NCBI GenBank assembly: GCA_012295275.1
Contig: CM022678.1
Location: 2,232,001 to 2,296,000 of the forward strand
Source: Chrysomallon squamiferum
Taxonomy: Eukaryota; Animalia; Mollusca
Length of the DNA: 64,000 bases
Direction: 5' to 3'
Position 1 is the first letter of the stretch, and the number at the start of each line of letters is the position of its first letter. The notes beneath the pieces are model-generated. The model was not told where the DNA came from. It made no database searches and was given only the letters and a program-made list of their open reading frames with translations. A program made the translations under genes and the position numbers. Below are positions 13,261 through 26,394 of this stretch, piece by piece.

Positions 13261-14107
13261 AATCCTCTTAGGATAGTTTGAACAATAGATTAACAATTTT
13301 ATTTAAAATTATTTTGAGGAGTATACTGGACTTTAAATTACATTGAATGATTGTATTGTACATATATGTTGATTCTTTTGATTTTGTTGATATTTCTTTC
13401 CTTGCAGAAATAATTTTGTTATTGGAATTTAATTGTTGTTGTTGTTGTTGTTATTATTTATTTATTTATTATTGTTTATATATATAGATACATTGTTATC
13501 ATCAAATAATGTAGAATGTGAATTTAGTAGATGTGAGGTAGTTTGTTTAATTGCATTCGAAAGATTTTTCTTATGAACGAGAGAAAGACGTAAATTTAAA
13601 ATGTTTATTTCATTTCTGTTTTCATTCTGAACACGATATTATTATCTGTTATAATCGTTGGTGTAGTCCAACCCGCTGTCCCGCTCTATTTGTCATTCTG
13701 ACTTCGTCCTGAAACCAGTTTAAATAAATGTGTGACCTAGAACGAACTGCAGTTAGAAGTACACAGACAAGTTTAAACATGAGATATCTGCGTGTTAGTC
13801 TTGTGACATTTATTCAGATTATAGGTAGAAAATTGTAACAAAAATACAACTCTTAAGAAGATAAATAAAATTTAAAAAAATTAGTAATATAATAAATAAA
13901 TAAATAAATAAAGAAGGAAAGAAAGAAGCAGAAATTGTCGGCCATTATTAGATTAGTTGACAGGAGTATTAAATTTTAATTCGTTTGTTTGTTTACTTAC
14001 TTTCCAAATTAATTGTGAGAGGTTTGCATGTTAGCGATGTGACTTATTATTGTTTTATGTATAAAATTATAACAAGTCATCCAAAAAGAAACTCAGATGA
14101 AATGAAA

Positions 14108-14142
<35 letters not shown>

Positions 14143-14145
14143 AAA

Positions 14146-14180
<35 letters not shown>

Positions 14181-14244
14181 GAAATAAAATGTAAAATAAA
14201 AATAAATAAATAAGAACTGATTTGTACAGCAGTAGACAAAGTAA

Positions 14245-14405
14245 TACACTGCGCGCAAACCTGTGACGTGTCTCATCTTATTAAAAAAAATATCACGTGA
14301 TGTGTCTTGGCGGGCGATTCACAGATCGAGCAGACGGCGTAGAATTTGTGTCAGTTTGTTAATAATAAGATTCCGGTGTTACTTGGATTTCTACTATAGG
14401 TAGGC
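14245..14405 (+). promoter_or_regulatory. Putative promoter plus non-coding first exon of the nSTAND3-ANK gene (donor AG|GTAGGC at 14399/14400)
   Basis: CpG-containing block with GTGACGTG and TCACGTGA motifs followed by a splice donor; conserved in five other copies in the window. Function is inferred. Confidence 0.5.
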
Positions 14406-14753
14406 CAAACTTAAACTATACTCTTTTTAGCAGTGACTGTTGATTGTTTATTTCAAATTTAAAATTCAAAACTTTCAATGGGAAAGCCGAACTCTCACGT
14501 CCGAAACTCGGCTTTTGTTTCAGTTTTCGATTAAAACTTAAAAGCTAAAAGCAATTATGAACTAATAAAATTACAATATTTCTATTTATCTAATTATTTT
14601 TTTGCATTGTTGTATTTGTTCGTAACTGTTAATGCCCGCATTGATAATACAGGAAAACAAACAGCCAGTATATTTTAAGGAAGTATGCAGGAAGGTTTTG
14701 TCTGCATTGCGCATCAGTGACTGTCTTTTCGGCTGTATTAACTGGCCATTAAA

Positions 14754-15846
14754 TAGCATGGACCAAATATTTTTTTTAAAATAAAAATAGGAAACTCATT
14801 GTTTGCATACATAATCGTACATGTTTTAGAAGTTCAATGCTTTTTGTTTTAATGAAAAAGAGTGAAAATTTAATTTTTAATAATTATTTTTATAAGGTCG
14901 GTTGACGGATCTGTAATTTTTTTTTTTTTTTTTTTCTAAAATTTCTGTAGAAAAACTGATTCAAGCGTTATAATGAATGAATCACGGCAATCATTCAAAT
15001 AACATGTGATCAATTTGCTTTTTACATGTAAATACGACCTCTAATGCATTAAAACTGGAAATAAATAAATAAATAAATAAATAAATAAATATATATATAA
15101 AAAAATTATAATGGTTTCAAGTATCGTTTTACAACTTCGTATTCAGAACTGTCTGCTATGGAGTTTTAGCAGAGTAACGTATCCACATTATGATACCTAA
15201 TGAGAATAGTCGTCTTCATATTCACGCGCCAGTGTCTGTGAAAATTATTTATTTTATTTTATTTTATTATTTTATAATGATTTATATTAAAAAAAAAAAA
15301 AAAAAGTTTCGATCTTGGCAGCAATTTTTACTCAATAAGAGACTTCTATATATACGAGGCATTGATTAAATGACATATTTCTTCAAATTATTTTTAATAA
15401 TACATGTATAATTGATTGCATCATGAAGGCATACGTATTTAAAAGTTTCCGTAAACTCACGGACATTTTTAAACTTCCAGATTAAATTATTTAGCGTCCG
15501 TTTTTCAAATTTTTTTAATGATTTACACTGATAAAGGTTAAGGATGGTTGTTGATATTACCAAACCATGATGTCACGCGCCTTTTCTAATTACTTTTTCA
15601 ACGTAATCAACCTTTTCAAACTGGATTATTTTTGTGTAAATGCGTGCATAATTAACTGAAATTATAATGCGGAATAAGATTAATGTATTAACTTTTGTAA
15701 TTGTCAATGATCCCCCCCTTTTCAGAACCCAGCAGAAATGAACACTGAGGTATTGTTTGTACCCATTAAATCGGCGAAATTTCTTGATGCTTTTTTCTGT
15801 GACGTAGTTTGTGCCGTTAGGAGTTATCGTTCCTGTGGATCCATGA
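14754..15846. mobile_element. Possible non-autonomous DNA transposon insertion (~1.1 kb) with short imperfect terminal inverted repeat (GCATGGA...TCCATGA)
   Basis: Absent from the paralogous segment at ~38220-38260; its right ~200 bp recur inverted at 38551-38752, beginning TAGCATGGAC like the left end. Confidence 0.45.
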
Positions 15847-18379
15847 TCAATGTTAAAATAAGGGTTCAGTCATCTCAAAAAGTAGGCGATCGAGGCCGAA
15901 ATAATTTTGTAAATGTTTGAGAATGAAACGTTTATTATTAAAAGTTAATGGTTTCGCTGTCGTTAACTTTTAAAATAAAAAAGTCTGAGCTTCGATTTCC
16001 GGTCCAAGACGCAGCCCGGTTTTTATGTTACGTGAACCACGTAATTTAAAATGACAGAATGTTGCTAAATGTTACATCACAAGACAAGAATATAAACCTT
16101 CTTATTATTTTTCACTGAATAAAACAACTATTAAACAGTAATGATCATGATAAATTATTGTAATTATTGCAGAACACGTTTTAAAAGCACGAAACAACTT
16201 TTGAACATCTTAATGTTTTATTAATGTTTTATTATTATTATTATTATTATTATTTTATTATTATTATTGTATAATATCACTTTTATCAGTAAGGTAATTA
16301 ATTTAATTCCGTCACAATAACAAACCAGTGTTGAGTTAACTTAAACTTTTTAAAGCCCAGTGCACTAAACTGTTAACAGGAATTCATATTTCCAAAACAA
16401 AAGAACAAGTCGTATAAGGACTTAACATCTTTTATTTTATAAATGGAAAGTTCAAGAAAAAACTAATTAAAGTTCTGAGTAAATTCAAAGAATAAAAATG
16501 TTAATTGTTCAGTCCACTGAAGAAAATTTCAAGTTGATTTATCTGAATTATTTTACGCTTTCAATATATTTTCAAAGTAAAAAAGTTCACAGATCCAAAA
16601 TGTTTATCATTGATTGATGACTTCTCAAACAAGAACGAGCAAACGAATGCAAAAAAATGAAAGTACGCCAGACATTGACAACGCTCCATTAAATAAAGAA
16701 ATGTATGTGATCCGACTTTCCGTTAATTGAAAAATTACATGTAAGATGACACCAAACAAAACAGAAACTTTCAGATATGCAGAGCGTTGTGAGAAGAAGG
16801 CTTGTTCTCCTCCGTTAAGAATTAAAAGTGGTGTCTTTAAACAATATGTAGAGAATTAACTGACAACGTGTTTACTACAAAACAAACCTGCAAAGCTGGA
16901 CCAAACCACGCCTTGAAAGGTCAAATAATTAGAAAAAAAAAAAAAAAATGTTGCGAAAATGTAATACCAGTTACTTAATTAATGTCTGCAGCATGGAAAA
17001 TGAAAACAAGTCATGTACAAACTAATTTAATATAGGCCGTTTTCAAGATATATATATATATATATATATTTACAGATAATTTCTTTATATATTTAAAAAG
17101 GTTTTTCTAATTAAATATACATGTATTTAATAATATAAGAAATTATTTGTAAAAGATTTTTAATTATGTAAATGTATTAAAATTTGAATACTGTATTATT
17201 TACAGATGTTTGTCAAGATGACAGCTGCCAACCATAGCAGAGAGGAAGTGTGTCTGTACATTAACATGAAATCATGAAGTGATCAAGATTTGGAATGGAG
17301 AATGTAGCAGACTACTGAAAGCTGAAAGCTACAAATTCTCAAAGTGTGTTTATAGAAGCAGACACAATGAATAAAAAAATGATCATGTACAACATGTGAC
17401 AGCATCATCCTGATTTGAAGTATTTATAACTATTTTATAATTATTTGTTCCAAACATAAAAAGTTAACTGAGTTCATATGTTGTATTAAATACGTAATAC
17501 ATTTTAAAGAATTGTAATTTAAGAATCAAATTGAATACAAATAAATATGAACAATTATAACTGAAAGTGTGGTCTACTGAAAAACTCAGTGTTAAATTAT
17601 CTAGATGTTTTCAAACTTAACACAAAAGAGTGACATCTGCTCTAAATCCTTTGTACTATTTACCTGGAAAATGTTGAGCATCTAGGAATATTTATGACTA
17701 ATAAAACAAGTGTTGCAAAGGCTGGTAAATAAACTGAGAAAAGTGAATTTGTTTTGTAATAGCAAGCCACTGGCAATAAGAAAATGGAACAAATATGTTA
17801 GACTTCAGATTCTTTTACATCACAACATTATCACATACTCACATATCATTTCAAAATAATTTGCAGAGTTCATAAAACATTGAACATGTTTCTTTGAGTC
17901 TCAGATTACATCTGTGGTTAAATGTTCAATAACAAGAAAACTGCTACATGGTTCTGTGTGACTGACTACACTGTTACTGTCCTCCCTGTATTTACATTTT
18001 TATTTTGTGGGAGTGGCAGCTACTGTGATCCAAATAATGCTGAAAATGTGCCCAAGGTGATTCAGATCTGTACTCATGACTGACCAAGACAGAATTGTTA
18101 CATCTTTGTTTTGCTCTCTTTCAGAGGTGTTAAGTTAAATATTTAAAGCTGGTAGATGAACATACTGCAGTTTCAGAAAATAACATGGAGACATTGATAC
18201 ACTGACCTGTCACAGTGAAATCAGTTGTAACTGTCATTCAGAAACATGGAACATCATTCTGTTGTTAATCATCACAAAATTGTAATTACTTGTGACATGT
18301 TGTTACTTGTATATTTTCTCCAGATGTAAATTAGTGATATTTTCATTTGTATCATTTAGATCACATAATTTACTATAGT

Positions 18380-18945
18380 AAGAGTATAATTGAAACTATT
18401 CCGATAATATCTATACATTTTATTTTTTATAATTTAATGCAAATGACAAGACTAATACTATAATTTAGTTGTTACTAATTATTCTAATAGTTATTATATT
18501 TATTTCAAAACTAATATATAATTTAGTACACCATTATGATAATTATTATATTTACTACAGTTGACAAAACTAAGATATTATTAAGAATAAGTAATGAATT
18601 TATTATATTTACTAGAAAACAAAAATGTTACTTTGCATAACTATTCTGATAATTAGTAGATTTATTACAAACCTAAGATATATCTTAGAATAATTATTGT
18701 GATCATTATTGTATTACAAAACTAATATATATCTTAACATAGCTTTTGTGATAGTTATTTTTACTGCAAAACTAAGATATAACTTAGAATAATGTGTGAT
18801 AATTATTATATTTATTATAAAACTAAGATAATTATTACATGTATTACAAAACTAAGGTGAATATTATAATAGTTATTATATTTACAATAAAGCAGAGTAT
18901 AATCTATGTGTTACTATTGTGATAATTATTTTATAGACATAATTT
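18380..18945. repeat. Degenerate ~50-bp AT-rich tandem repeat (AAAACTAAGATATA...GTGATAATTATTATATTTA)
   Basis: Recurrent AAACTAAGAT and GATAATTATT motifs; a related array occurs at ~45960-46400 in the paralogous copy. Confidence 0.6.
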
Positions 18946-19191
18946 AGTACTGCATTTGAGGAAACATCACTTGTTGTTTATGAGAAAGAGTAAACTGTGA
19001 AATGACACCAGTAGGTTATTTCTGTTTCTTTCTCTTTTTCCTTTCTTTTTTCTTTAGTTTTGGTTGTCTGAACTTTCCTTAATCTTATGTCTGACCCCAT
19101 ATAACAGTGAATACAATGTATTTTTAATAAAACATTTATTTTCCTTCTTCTATTATAAAAATCATTAAATTATATTTACAGCTCAGCCAGT

Positions 19192-19252
19192 ATGGATGAC
19201 ATGACAGAGAATTCACAAATTTCATCTAACGTCACAGATGTTTCTGCAGAAA
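19192..19252 (+). CDS. nSTAND3-ANK gene, first coding exon (MDDMTENSQISSNVTDVSAE)
   Basis: tttacag acceptor at 19181, ATG at 19192, donor gtatga in phase 1; splices in frame to the next three exons. Confidence 0.6.
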
Positions 19253-19642
19253 GTATGACAAAGTTATTTATATCTTTAATAATGAAGGTTTTCTATTCCT
19301 GTTTACATTTTATTTATTTATTTATTTTGTTGTTTTTTTTGTACTTTTTTTGAAAAATGAAACTTTTTTGTTTTATTTTCCTAATAAATTAACAATTCAA
19401 ACATTTTGGTCTTGTTTTTTTTTTCAGTATACACACTTGTTATTTTTTGATTGCATAATTAGTTAACAATTTTAAGTACATTTTTAAAACATATATTTTT
19501 ATGGTTAAGACAAATTGTATTAATACTTTATGCTGTCATGTCTCTTCATGTAGAAAAGAATATTTTTAGAAATTATAAATTGTTAATTTAAATACTTTTT
19601 TTTTTTATCTTTAATTTTTTTTCTTTTACTCTGTTGACAAAG

Positions 19643-19759
19643 ATACTGGAAGAATACAACCAGTGGTAGAACACAATGTAAATATCAGCACAGTTCTGAA
19701 TTACCAGAATGTATCTAATAACAGGAATGTTGTATTTGGAAATCAAGTTATTAAAATCA
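19643..19759 (+). CDS. nSTAND3-ANK gene, 117-nt exon with RHIM-like motif (NVSNNRNVVFGNQ)
   Basis: aag acceptor and gtaagt donor, phase 1-1, open: NTGRIQPVVEHNVNISTVLNYQNVSNNRNVVFGNQVIKI. Confidence 0.7.
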
Positions 19760-20416
19760 GTAAGTTAAAAACTGAAAGCTTTCTTTTCACTACATGTTTA
19801 ATAAATAACAGAATACATATTACAGTAGTCATACATTTCTGTCAGTGCGACCTGAACAACATTGAAACATGCTCATACATACACAGACACAGTACATACA
19901 AAGATATGTACATGTATAACCACTTAACACACAGAACATGTACCTACACATACATGCATGCAGACAAGCATTACTACATACAAAAAATATTCAGACAGAG
20001 ACACAGTGTACGTTTGTTAAAGTGACCGAGATTTTCTTAAACTATTAATATAACTCAATATGAATTAAACAGAAGTATATGCCAGTCATTATTATCACAT
20101 GTAAATACTTAAATATAGTGAAAAGTACATGTAACAACAACAGCTACAACAATAATATCAACAAGAAACAATAAACATTAGTCATAAGAACCAAAGAACC
20201 AGACGTTTTGATCGTAGTAAGAGTGAATAATATAAAATAAATAATAAAGATGTTATAATATTATTTACATGTTATATATTATTAAATGCAATACTAATGT
20301 TAAGTTTATTGTTTCATGAATAAAATGAAAACTAATTCTACAGATCAATTTAATTATTCTCTTTTACTCATCATCAATAATAAAAACTTACTTGTTTTAT
20401 TTTTATATTATTTCAG

Positions 20417-20449
20417 CAAAAATTGATGGACGATCATCGAATATCAAAG
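20417..20449 (+). CDS. nSTAND3-ANK gene, 33-nt micro-exon (TKIDGRSSNIK)
   Basis: tttcag acceptor, G|gtatat donor, phase 1-1, in frame. Confidence 0.6.
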
Positions 20450-20715
20450 GTATATTATCATTTGAATAGTTTTCAAAGATAATCATAAATAACAAGATAA
20501 TTATATCATTACTTTTACACCATGTAAAATTGTGACATCTTACTATCATAATTAAATTATGATGAACTACAATACGACAACAAACTATTGCATTTTACTT
20601 TAAAAAAAAATCAGATCTGGTGACCAATTAAAAATTATATTATTTATATTTAAATGGTAAATATATGCTCTAAACAATTAATAATAGATGTTAATTTTTT
20701 GATGTTGTGATGCAG

Positions 20716-23700
20716 AGTCTACCAGGTCAGTGTTAAACTCAGTTGACAGACGTGTCTATGTTGAAAGAAGAGCAGAGAAAAGAGGTGTAGAACTTTTGAA
20801 GAAGCATGGTGTTGTGATTGTAGTAGGTTGTCCAGGTTCAGGAAAGACAACTCTTGCTTTGAGTATGATGAGAGAGATAGAAAATGAAGAAAAAAGAGAA
20901 TCTTACTTGCTGACTCATCACTATGAATTCAGTGACATCTCTCTATCTGGAAATAAGAAGTGTGTTGTTCTCATTGATGATATATTTGGTAATACTAATC
21001 TTGTTTCACATTTTATAGAGTCATGGAAACTGAAATTTCCAAAGATGTGGAATCTTGTTCAGGATGGTACTCTGAAATGTATTATTACTTTAAGAAAACA
21101 AATATTTTTGAAAGAATTTGGTCTGTTTAATGAGAAACATGTTCTTGATCTGCAGAGTGATGACTGTTGTCTGACTTATGATGAAAAGGAAAAAATTCTA
21201 AACAAATATCTTGAACAAAAGGATGTTCCAATGGATGAAACTGATAAAACCACTGTCATTTACAGTTCATGTACAGAGTTAGCATTTCCTCAGGTGTGTG
21301 TGTATTATGTTAATTCAAGTGATGCACAGAAAAGAGGAGTTAAGTTTTTTAAAAAACCTGTAGAGTATCTCAGACAAGAGCTGGAAAATTTGAAAACTGA
21401 CAAAACTTCACAAATCAACTACCTGGTTCTACTGCTGATCTTATTCCAACAAGGCAGTTTCAGCATTGATTCACTGGACCCTTTTGAAAATGATTCTGAC
21501 AGTGTCACAATGAAATTAGTAAGACTGCTTGAGCAAGTCTGTAAAGGTCTAAAAAACACTGGTCTCACAGATATAAAGGCAACTGCTGATGTAATGTGTG
21601 GTACTTATTTGAAGTGTTGTGACAATAAATACACATTTATTCACCAGTCTGTGTTTGACTGTTTGTTTCTGATGTTTTCATCACAGTTTCCAAAGAAAGC
21701 AGCAGAATTGCTAGAAGTGTGTCCTGTCTCCATGTTGTTAGAATATGTTGTGACGCCTGGAGTGTCTAACAAAAGTCACATTACAATGACTGTGAGACCT
21801 GAATGCTTTGATATCCTTGCTCGCAGATTTACTGACTTGCTGGCATCAGATGCAAGAAAAATTATTTCACATCCATCACTGAAAGATGAAATGTTTGTGA
21901 AGTATATCGTAGAGGAAAAACACTTTTATGGTAGGTTGTCTGAAATACTGGATAAGAAATTAGATTCATTTTATGTATTTGACATACAGACATGTATAGA
22001 CACTGTGAATGAAAAAATTGGAAATATTTCACGTCCTTTTGACAATTATTCACATTTTATTGACATGTGTCATTTCCAAGTCAAAGAATGTAATATAAAT
22101 TCAACTTCTGTTCCGAGTGATTGCATTGTGTATGGACTAAGAACATTGTCAAGATTTTTCACATCAAAACTGTGTGAAATGCAATTAACAGATCAGAAAA
22201 AAGAACTTTTGGGTATCTCTTGTTTGTTTGGTGATGAAGATGTTGTGAGAATGTTGTTAAAATCAGGTGTTGTTCCAACATTTGATACATTCAGTACAGC
22301 TGCTTGTTCAAAAACAGACAATGTTACCATACTCAGAGAATTGTTGAAGTATAAAAAGATGGTAAAACTGGTTCTGTGTTCTCACTTGTTACATATTTCA
22401 ATTTGTTCAGATAATATAAACATTGCCTGTCTGTTGGCTGACATGATAAACAAAGAGAAAAACAACAGTGAAATAAAGCAAGAAGCTGTGAAACTGTTTT
22501 TGGTTAAGTTCCATAGACAAGTAAGACATGAATCAAATAACATGCATTTTGAGCACTTTAAGACTTATAAAGTTGCTGGTGAAAGCCGTCTTTTCAAGAA
22601 ACTTGTTACCATTGATATAATAAACAAAATTAAAGACATTGCTATAACTGCTGTTTGTCAGAGTACTTCAGGTGTTATAAAAGAAATAGTAAAACTGAAA
22701 CCTGACTGTTTAAATGATGAGAACAGAGATAAAGTACTTTTAGCAGCAGCAATATGGGGATGCTCTGATACAATGAATTTTCTCATTGAACAGAGATGTA
22801 TTGACACAGATAAGAACAACTGGAAGAAAAGTGAACTACTGAAAGTTGCAGTGATGTTTAACAGTGTAGATGTTGTTCAGTGTCTTCTTGATAAAGGAGC
22901 TGATCCAAATGCGAATGTAGCTGTTAACAAGGAATTAACTGAACACTTTGAAGAGGAAATTAGATTAAAACTGTGGCATGATTTAGAAAATAATCTGAAC
23001 TTGTTGTTTAAAGTTGAACCTAGTCTGTTGCCTTCAGACTCACCCCTCCACATTTCAGTTCTGCGTGGTGACTTAGATATATTAACATCACTGATAAAGA
23101 GAAATTCTGATGTTAATGCACTAAACAGTGAGGGAGAAACTCCACTTCATGAAGCTGTGAAAGCAGTGACACACAGAAAGGAAGTAGCTTTGTTGTTACT
23201 GCAAAATGGTGCTGATATTAACATAACAGATAAACAAAAGAATTCAACATTGCACATAGCTTGTCAAATTCACATAGATGTAGTGAAAGAAGTAACAAAA
23301 AGGGGTGTTGAAATAAATGCAATTAACTCTGAAGGGGAAACTCCTCTTTTTTTATCCTTACACTATGACAGACCAGAAATAGTGTCATACTTATTAAGAC
23401 AAGGAGCTGATACTAATTTAACAGACAAAGATAACAATTCTGTTTTACACATAGCAGCTGAGAATGGAAATATAAAAATTGTGACAGCACTGATTGAAAA
23501 AGGTGTTGATGTGAATATTAAAAACAGCAGAGGTAAAACTCCTCTTCTTTTAGCTGTGTATTCCTTCATATTTCATTTTAGGAAAAATCAAAGCTTTTAC
23601 TCTGGTTTGCCTAAAGTAGTTTTGTATTTACTAGAACATGGAGCTGATCCTAATTTAACAGACAATGATAACAATTCAGTTTTCCACCTAGCAGCTAAAG

Positions 23701-23774
23701 AAGGAAATATAGAAATTGTGACAGCACTGATTGAAAAAGGTGTTGATGTTAATATCAAAAACAGAAGAAGGTGA
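20716..23774 (+). CDS. nSTAND3-type STAND P-loop NTPase plus ankyrin repeats (NLR-like), giant exon part 1
   Basis: tgcag acceptor in phase with the 1014-aa ORF. Walker A VVGCPGSGKTT (~20826-20849), Walker B VVLIDDIFG, IITLR sensor, AFPQVC helical motif, YTFIHQSVFD winged-helix motif, then ANK consensus (G.TPLH/LF.A, GAD.N..D). Confidence 0.9.
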
Positions 23775-26394
23775 AACTCCTCTTTTTACAGCTCTGAAAT
23801 GTTACGAAAATGATCTTTGCCAAGATCAAGATATATACCCTCGTAGGAACAGAGTGGCTTTTTATTTACTGGAACATGGAGCTGATCCTAACTTAACAGA
23901 CAATGATCACAATTCTGTTTTACACCTAGCTGCTAAACAAGGAAATATAGAAATTGTGACAGCACTGATTGAAAAAGGTGCTGATGTTAATATCAAAAAC
24001 AGTGGAGGTGAAACACCTCTTTTTGCAACTGACTGGTATAGAGAGAACAAAGTAGTTTTGTATTTACTGAAACATGGAGCTGATCCTAATTTAACAGACA
24101 AAGATGACAATTCTGTTTTACATGCAGCAGCTGAAGCTGGATATATAGAAACTATAAAAGCTCTAATTGAAAAAGATTTTGATGTGAACATTAAAAACAC
24201 TGAAGGTGAAACTCCTCTTTTCACAGCTGTTAATAGCTGCAAAAATGTATTACCTGGACTTTATGAATTTATTAATCGTAAAAAATGTCAAGCAGCTTTC
24301 TTCTTACTGGAATATGGAGCTGACCCTAATTTAACAGACAAAGATAACAATTCTGTTTTACACATAGCAGCTAAACATGGAAATATAGAAATTGTGAAAG
24401 CACTGACTGAAAATGATTGTGATGTAAATATTAAAAACAGAAGAGGTGAAACTCCTCTTTTTACAGCTGCTAAGAATAAACAGAATACAATAGTTTCTTA
24501 TTTAATGGAACATGGAGCTGATCCTAATTTGACAGACAAAGATAACAATTCTGTTTTACACTTAGCAGCTGAAGATGGAAATATAGAACTTGTGACAGCT
24601 CTGATTGAAAAATGTGTTCATGTAAATATAAAAAACATTAAAGGTGAAACTCCTCTTTTTACAGCAGTTATTTATAAAGAAGGTGTACTTGATTCATACC
24701 TGAATGATGAAAAATGTAAAGTAGTTTTGTATTTGCTGGAACATGGAGCTGATCCTAATTTAACAGACAAAGATAACAATTCTGTTTTACACCTAGCAGC
24801 TAAACATGGAAATACAGAAGCTGTGAAAGGACTGATTGAAAAAGGTGTTGATCTAAATATTAAAAACAGTGCAGGTGAAGCGCCTGTTTTTGCAGCTGTT
24901 AACAACTGTAAGTACGTATTTCATGGAATTTATGAATTGCTTAATCAAGCAGTTTTCTTTTTACTGGAACATGGAGCTGATCCTAATTTAACAGACAATG
25001 ATCACAATTCTGTTTTACACCTAGCAGCTAAACATGGAAATATAGAAATTGTAAAAGCACTGATTGAAAAAGGTTTTGATGTAAATATTAAAAACAGAAG
25101 AAATGAAACTCCTCTTTTTACAGCTTTGAAATGCTACAAACATGATCTTCACCAAAATCGTGATATGTACCATCGAAGGAGCAAAGTAGCTTTTTATTTA
25201 CTGGAACATGGAGCTAATCCTAACTTAACAGACAATGATAACAATTCTGTTTTACACCTAGCAGCTGAACAAGGAAATATAGAAATTGTGATAGCACTGA
25301 TTGAAAAATGTTTTGATGTAAATATCAAAAACAGAAGAAGTGAAACTCCTCTTTTTACAGCTCTGAAATGCTATGAATACGATTTTCACCAAGATCGCAA
25401 TATGTACCCTCGAAGGAGCAAAGTAGCTTTTTATTTACTGGAACATGGAGCTGATACTAATATAACAGACAATGATAACAATTCTATTTTACATCTTGCA
25501 GCTAAACAAGGAAATATAGAACTTGTAAAAGCACTGATTGAAAAAGGTTTTCATGTAAATATTAAAAACAGAAGAAGTGAAACTCCTCTTTTTACAGCTT
25601 TGAAATGCTATGAAAATGATCTTTGCCAAGATCAAGATATATACCCTCGTAGGAACAGAGTGGCTTTTTTTTTACTGGAACATGGAGGTGATCCTAACTT
25701 AACAGACAATGATCACAATTCTGTTTTACACCTAGCAGCTGAACAAGGAAATATAGCAATTGTGACAGCACTGATTGAAAAAGGTGTTGATGTAAATATC
25801 AAAAACAGAAGAAATCAAACTCCTCTTTTTACAGCTTTGATTTGCAACAAAATATATTTACACCAAGATCAAGATATGTACTCTCGTAAGAGCAAAGTAG
25901 CTTTGTATTTACTGGAACATGGGTGTGATCCTAATGTAACAGACAATGACAACAATTCTGTTTTACACAGAGCAGCTGAAACTGGAAATATAGAAATTGT
26001 GACTGTACTGATTGAAAAAGGTTTTGATGTAAATATTAAAAACAGAAGAGGTGAAACTCCTCTTTTTACAGCTGTTAATTATGAAGAAGATGAATTTGAT
26101 ACATCTCTGAATGATGAAAAATGTAAAGTAGTTTTTCATTTACTGGAACATGGAGCTGATCCTAATTTAACAGACAATGATAAAAATACTGTTTTACATC
26201 TAGCAGCTAAACATGGAAATGTAGAAATTGTGACAGCACTGATTGAAAAAGGCATAGATGTAAATATTAAAAACAGTGAAGGTGAAACTCCTCTTTTTAC
26301 AGCTGATTGGTGTGGAGAAAACAAAGTAGTTTTGTATTTACTGGAACATGGAGCTGATTCTAACATAACAGACAATGATAACAATTCCATTTGA
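23771..26394 (+). CDS. Ankyrin-repeat array continuing the same gene after a +1 frameshift
   Basis: 887-aa ORF of two-ANK units (GADPNLTD.DNNSVLHLAA..GNIEIV.ALIEKG.DVNIKN..GETPLFTA). The junction AGAAGAAGGTGAA has one extra base versus sister units AGAAGAGGTGAA and AGAAGAAGTGAA. Confidence 0.88.

Noticed and set aside
17206-17277. Short ATG-initiated ORF after an acceptor (MFVKMTAANH...)
   Set aside because: Stops after 23 codons; at most a 5' UTR exon or uORF with an undefined donor.
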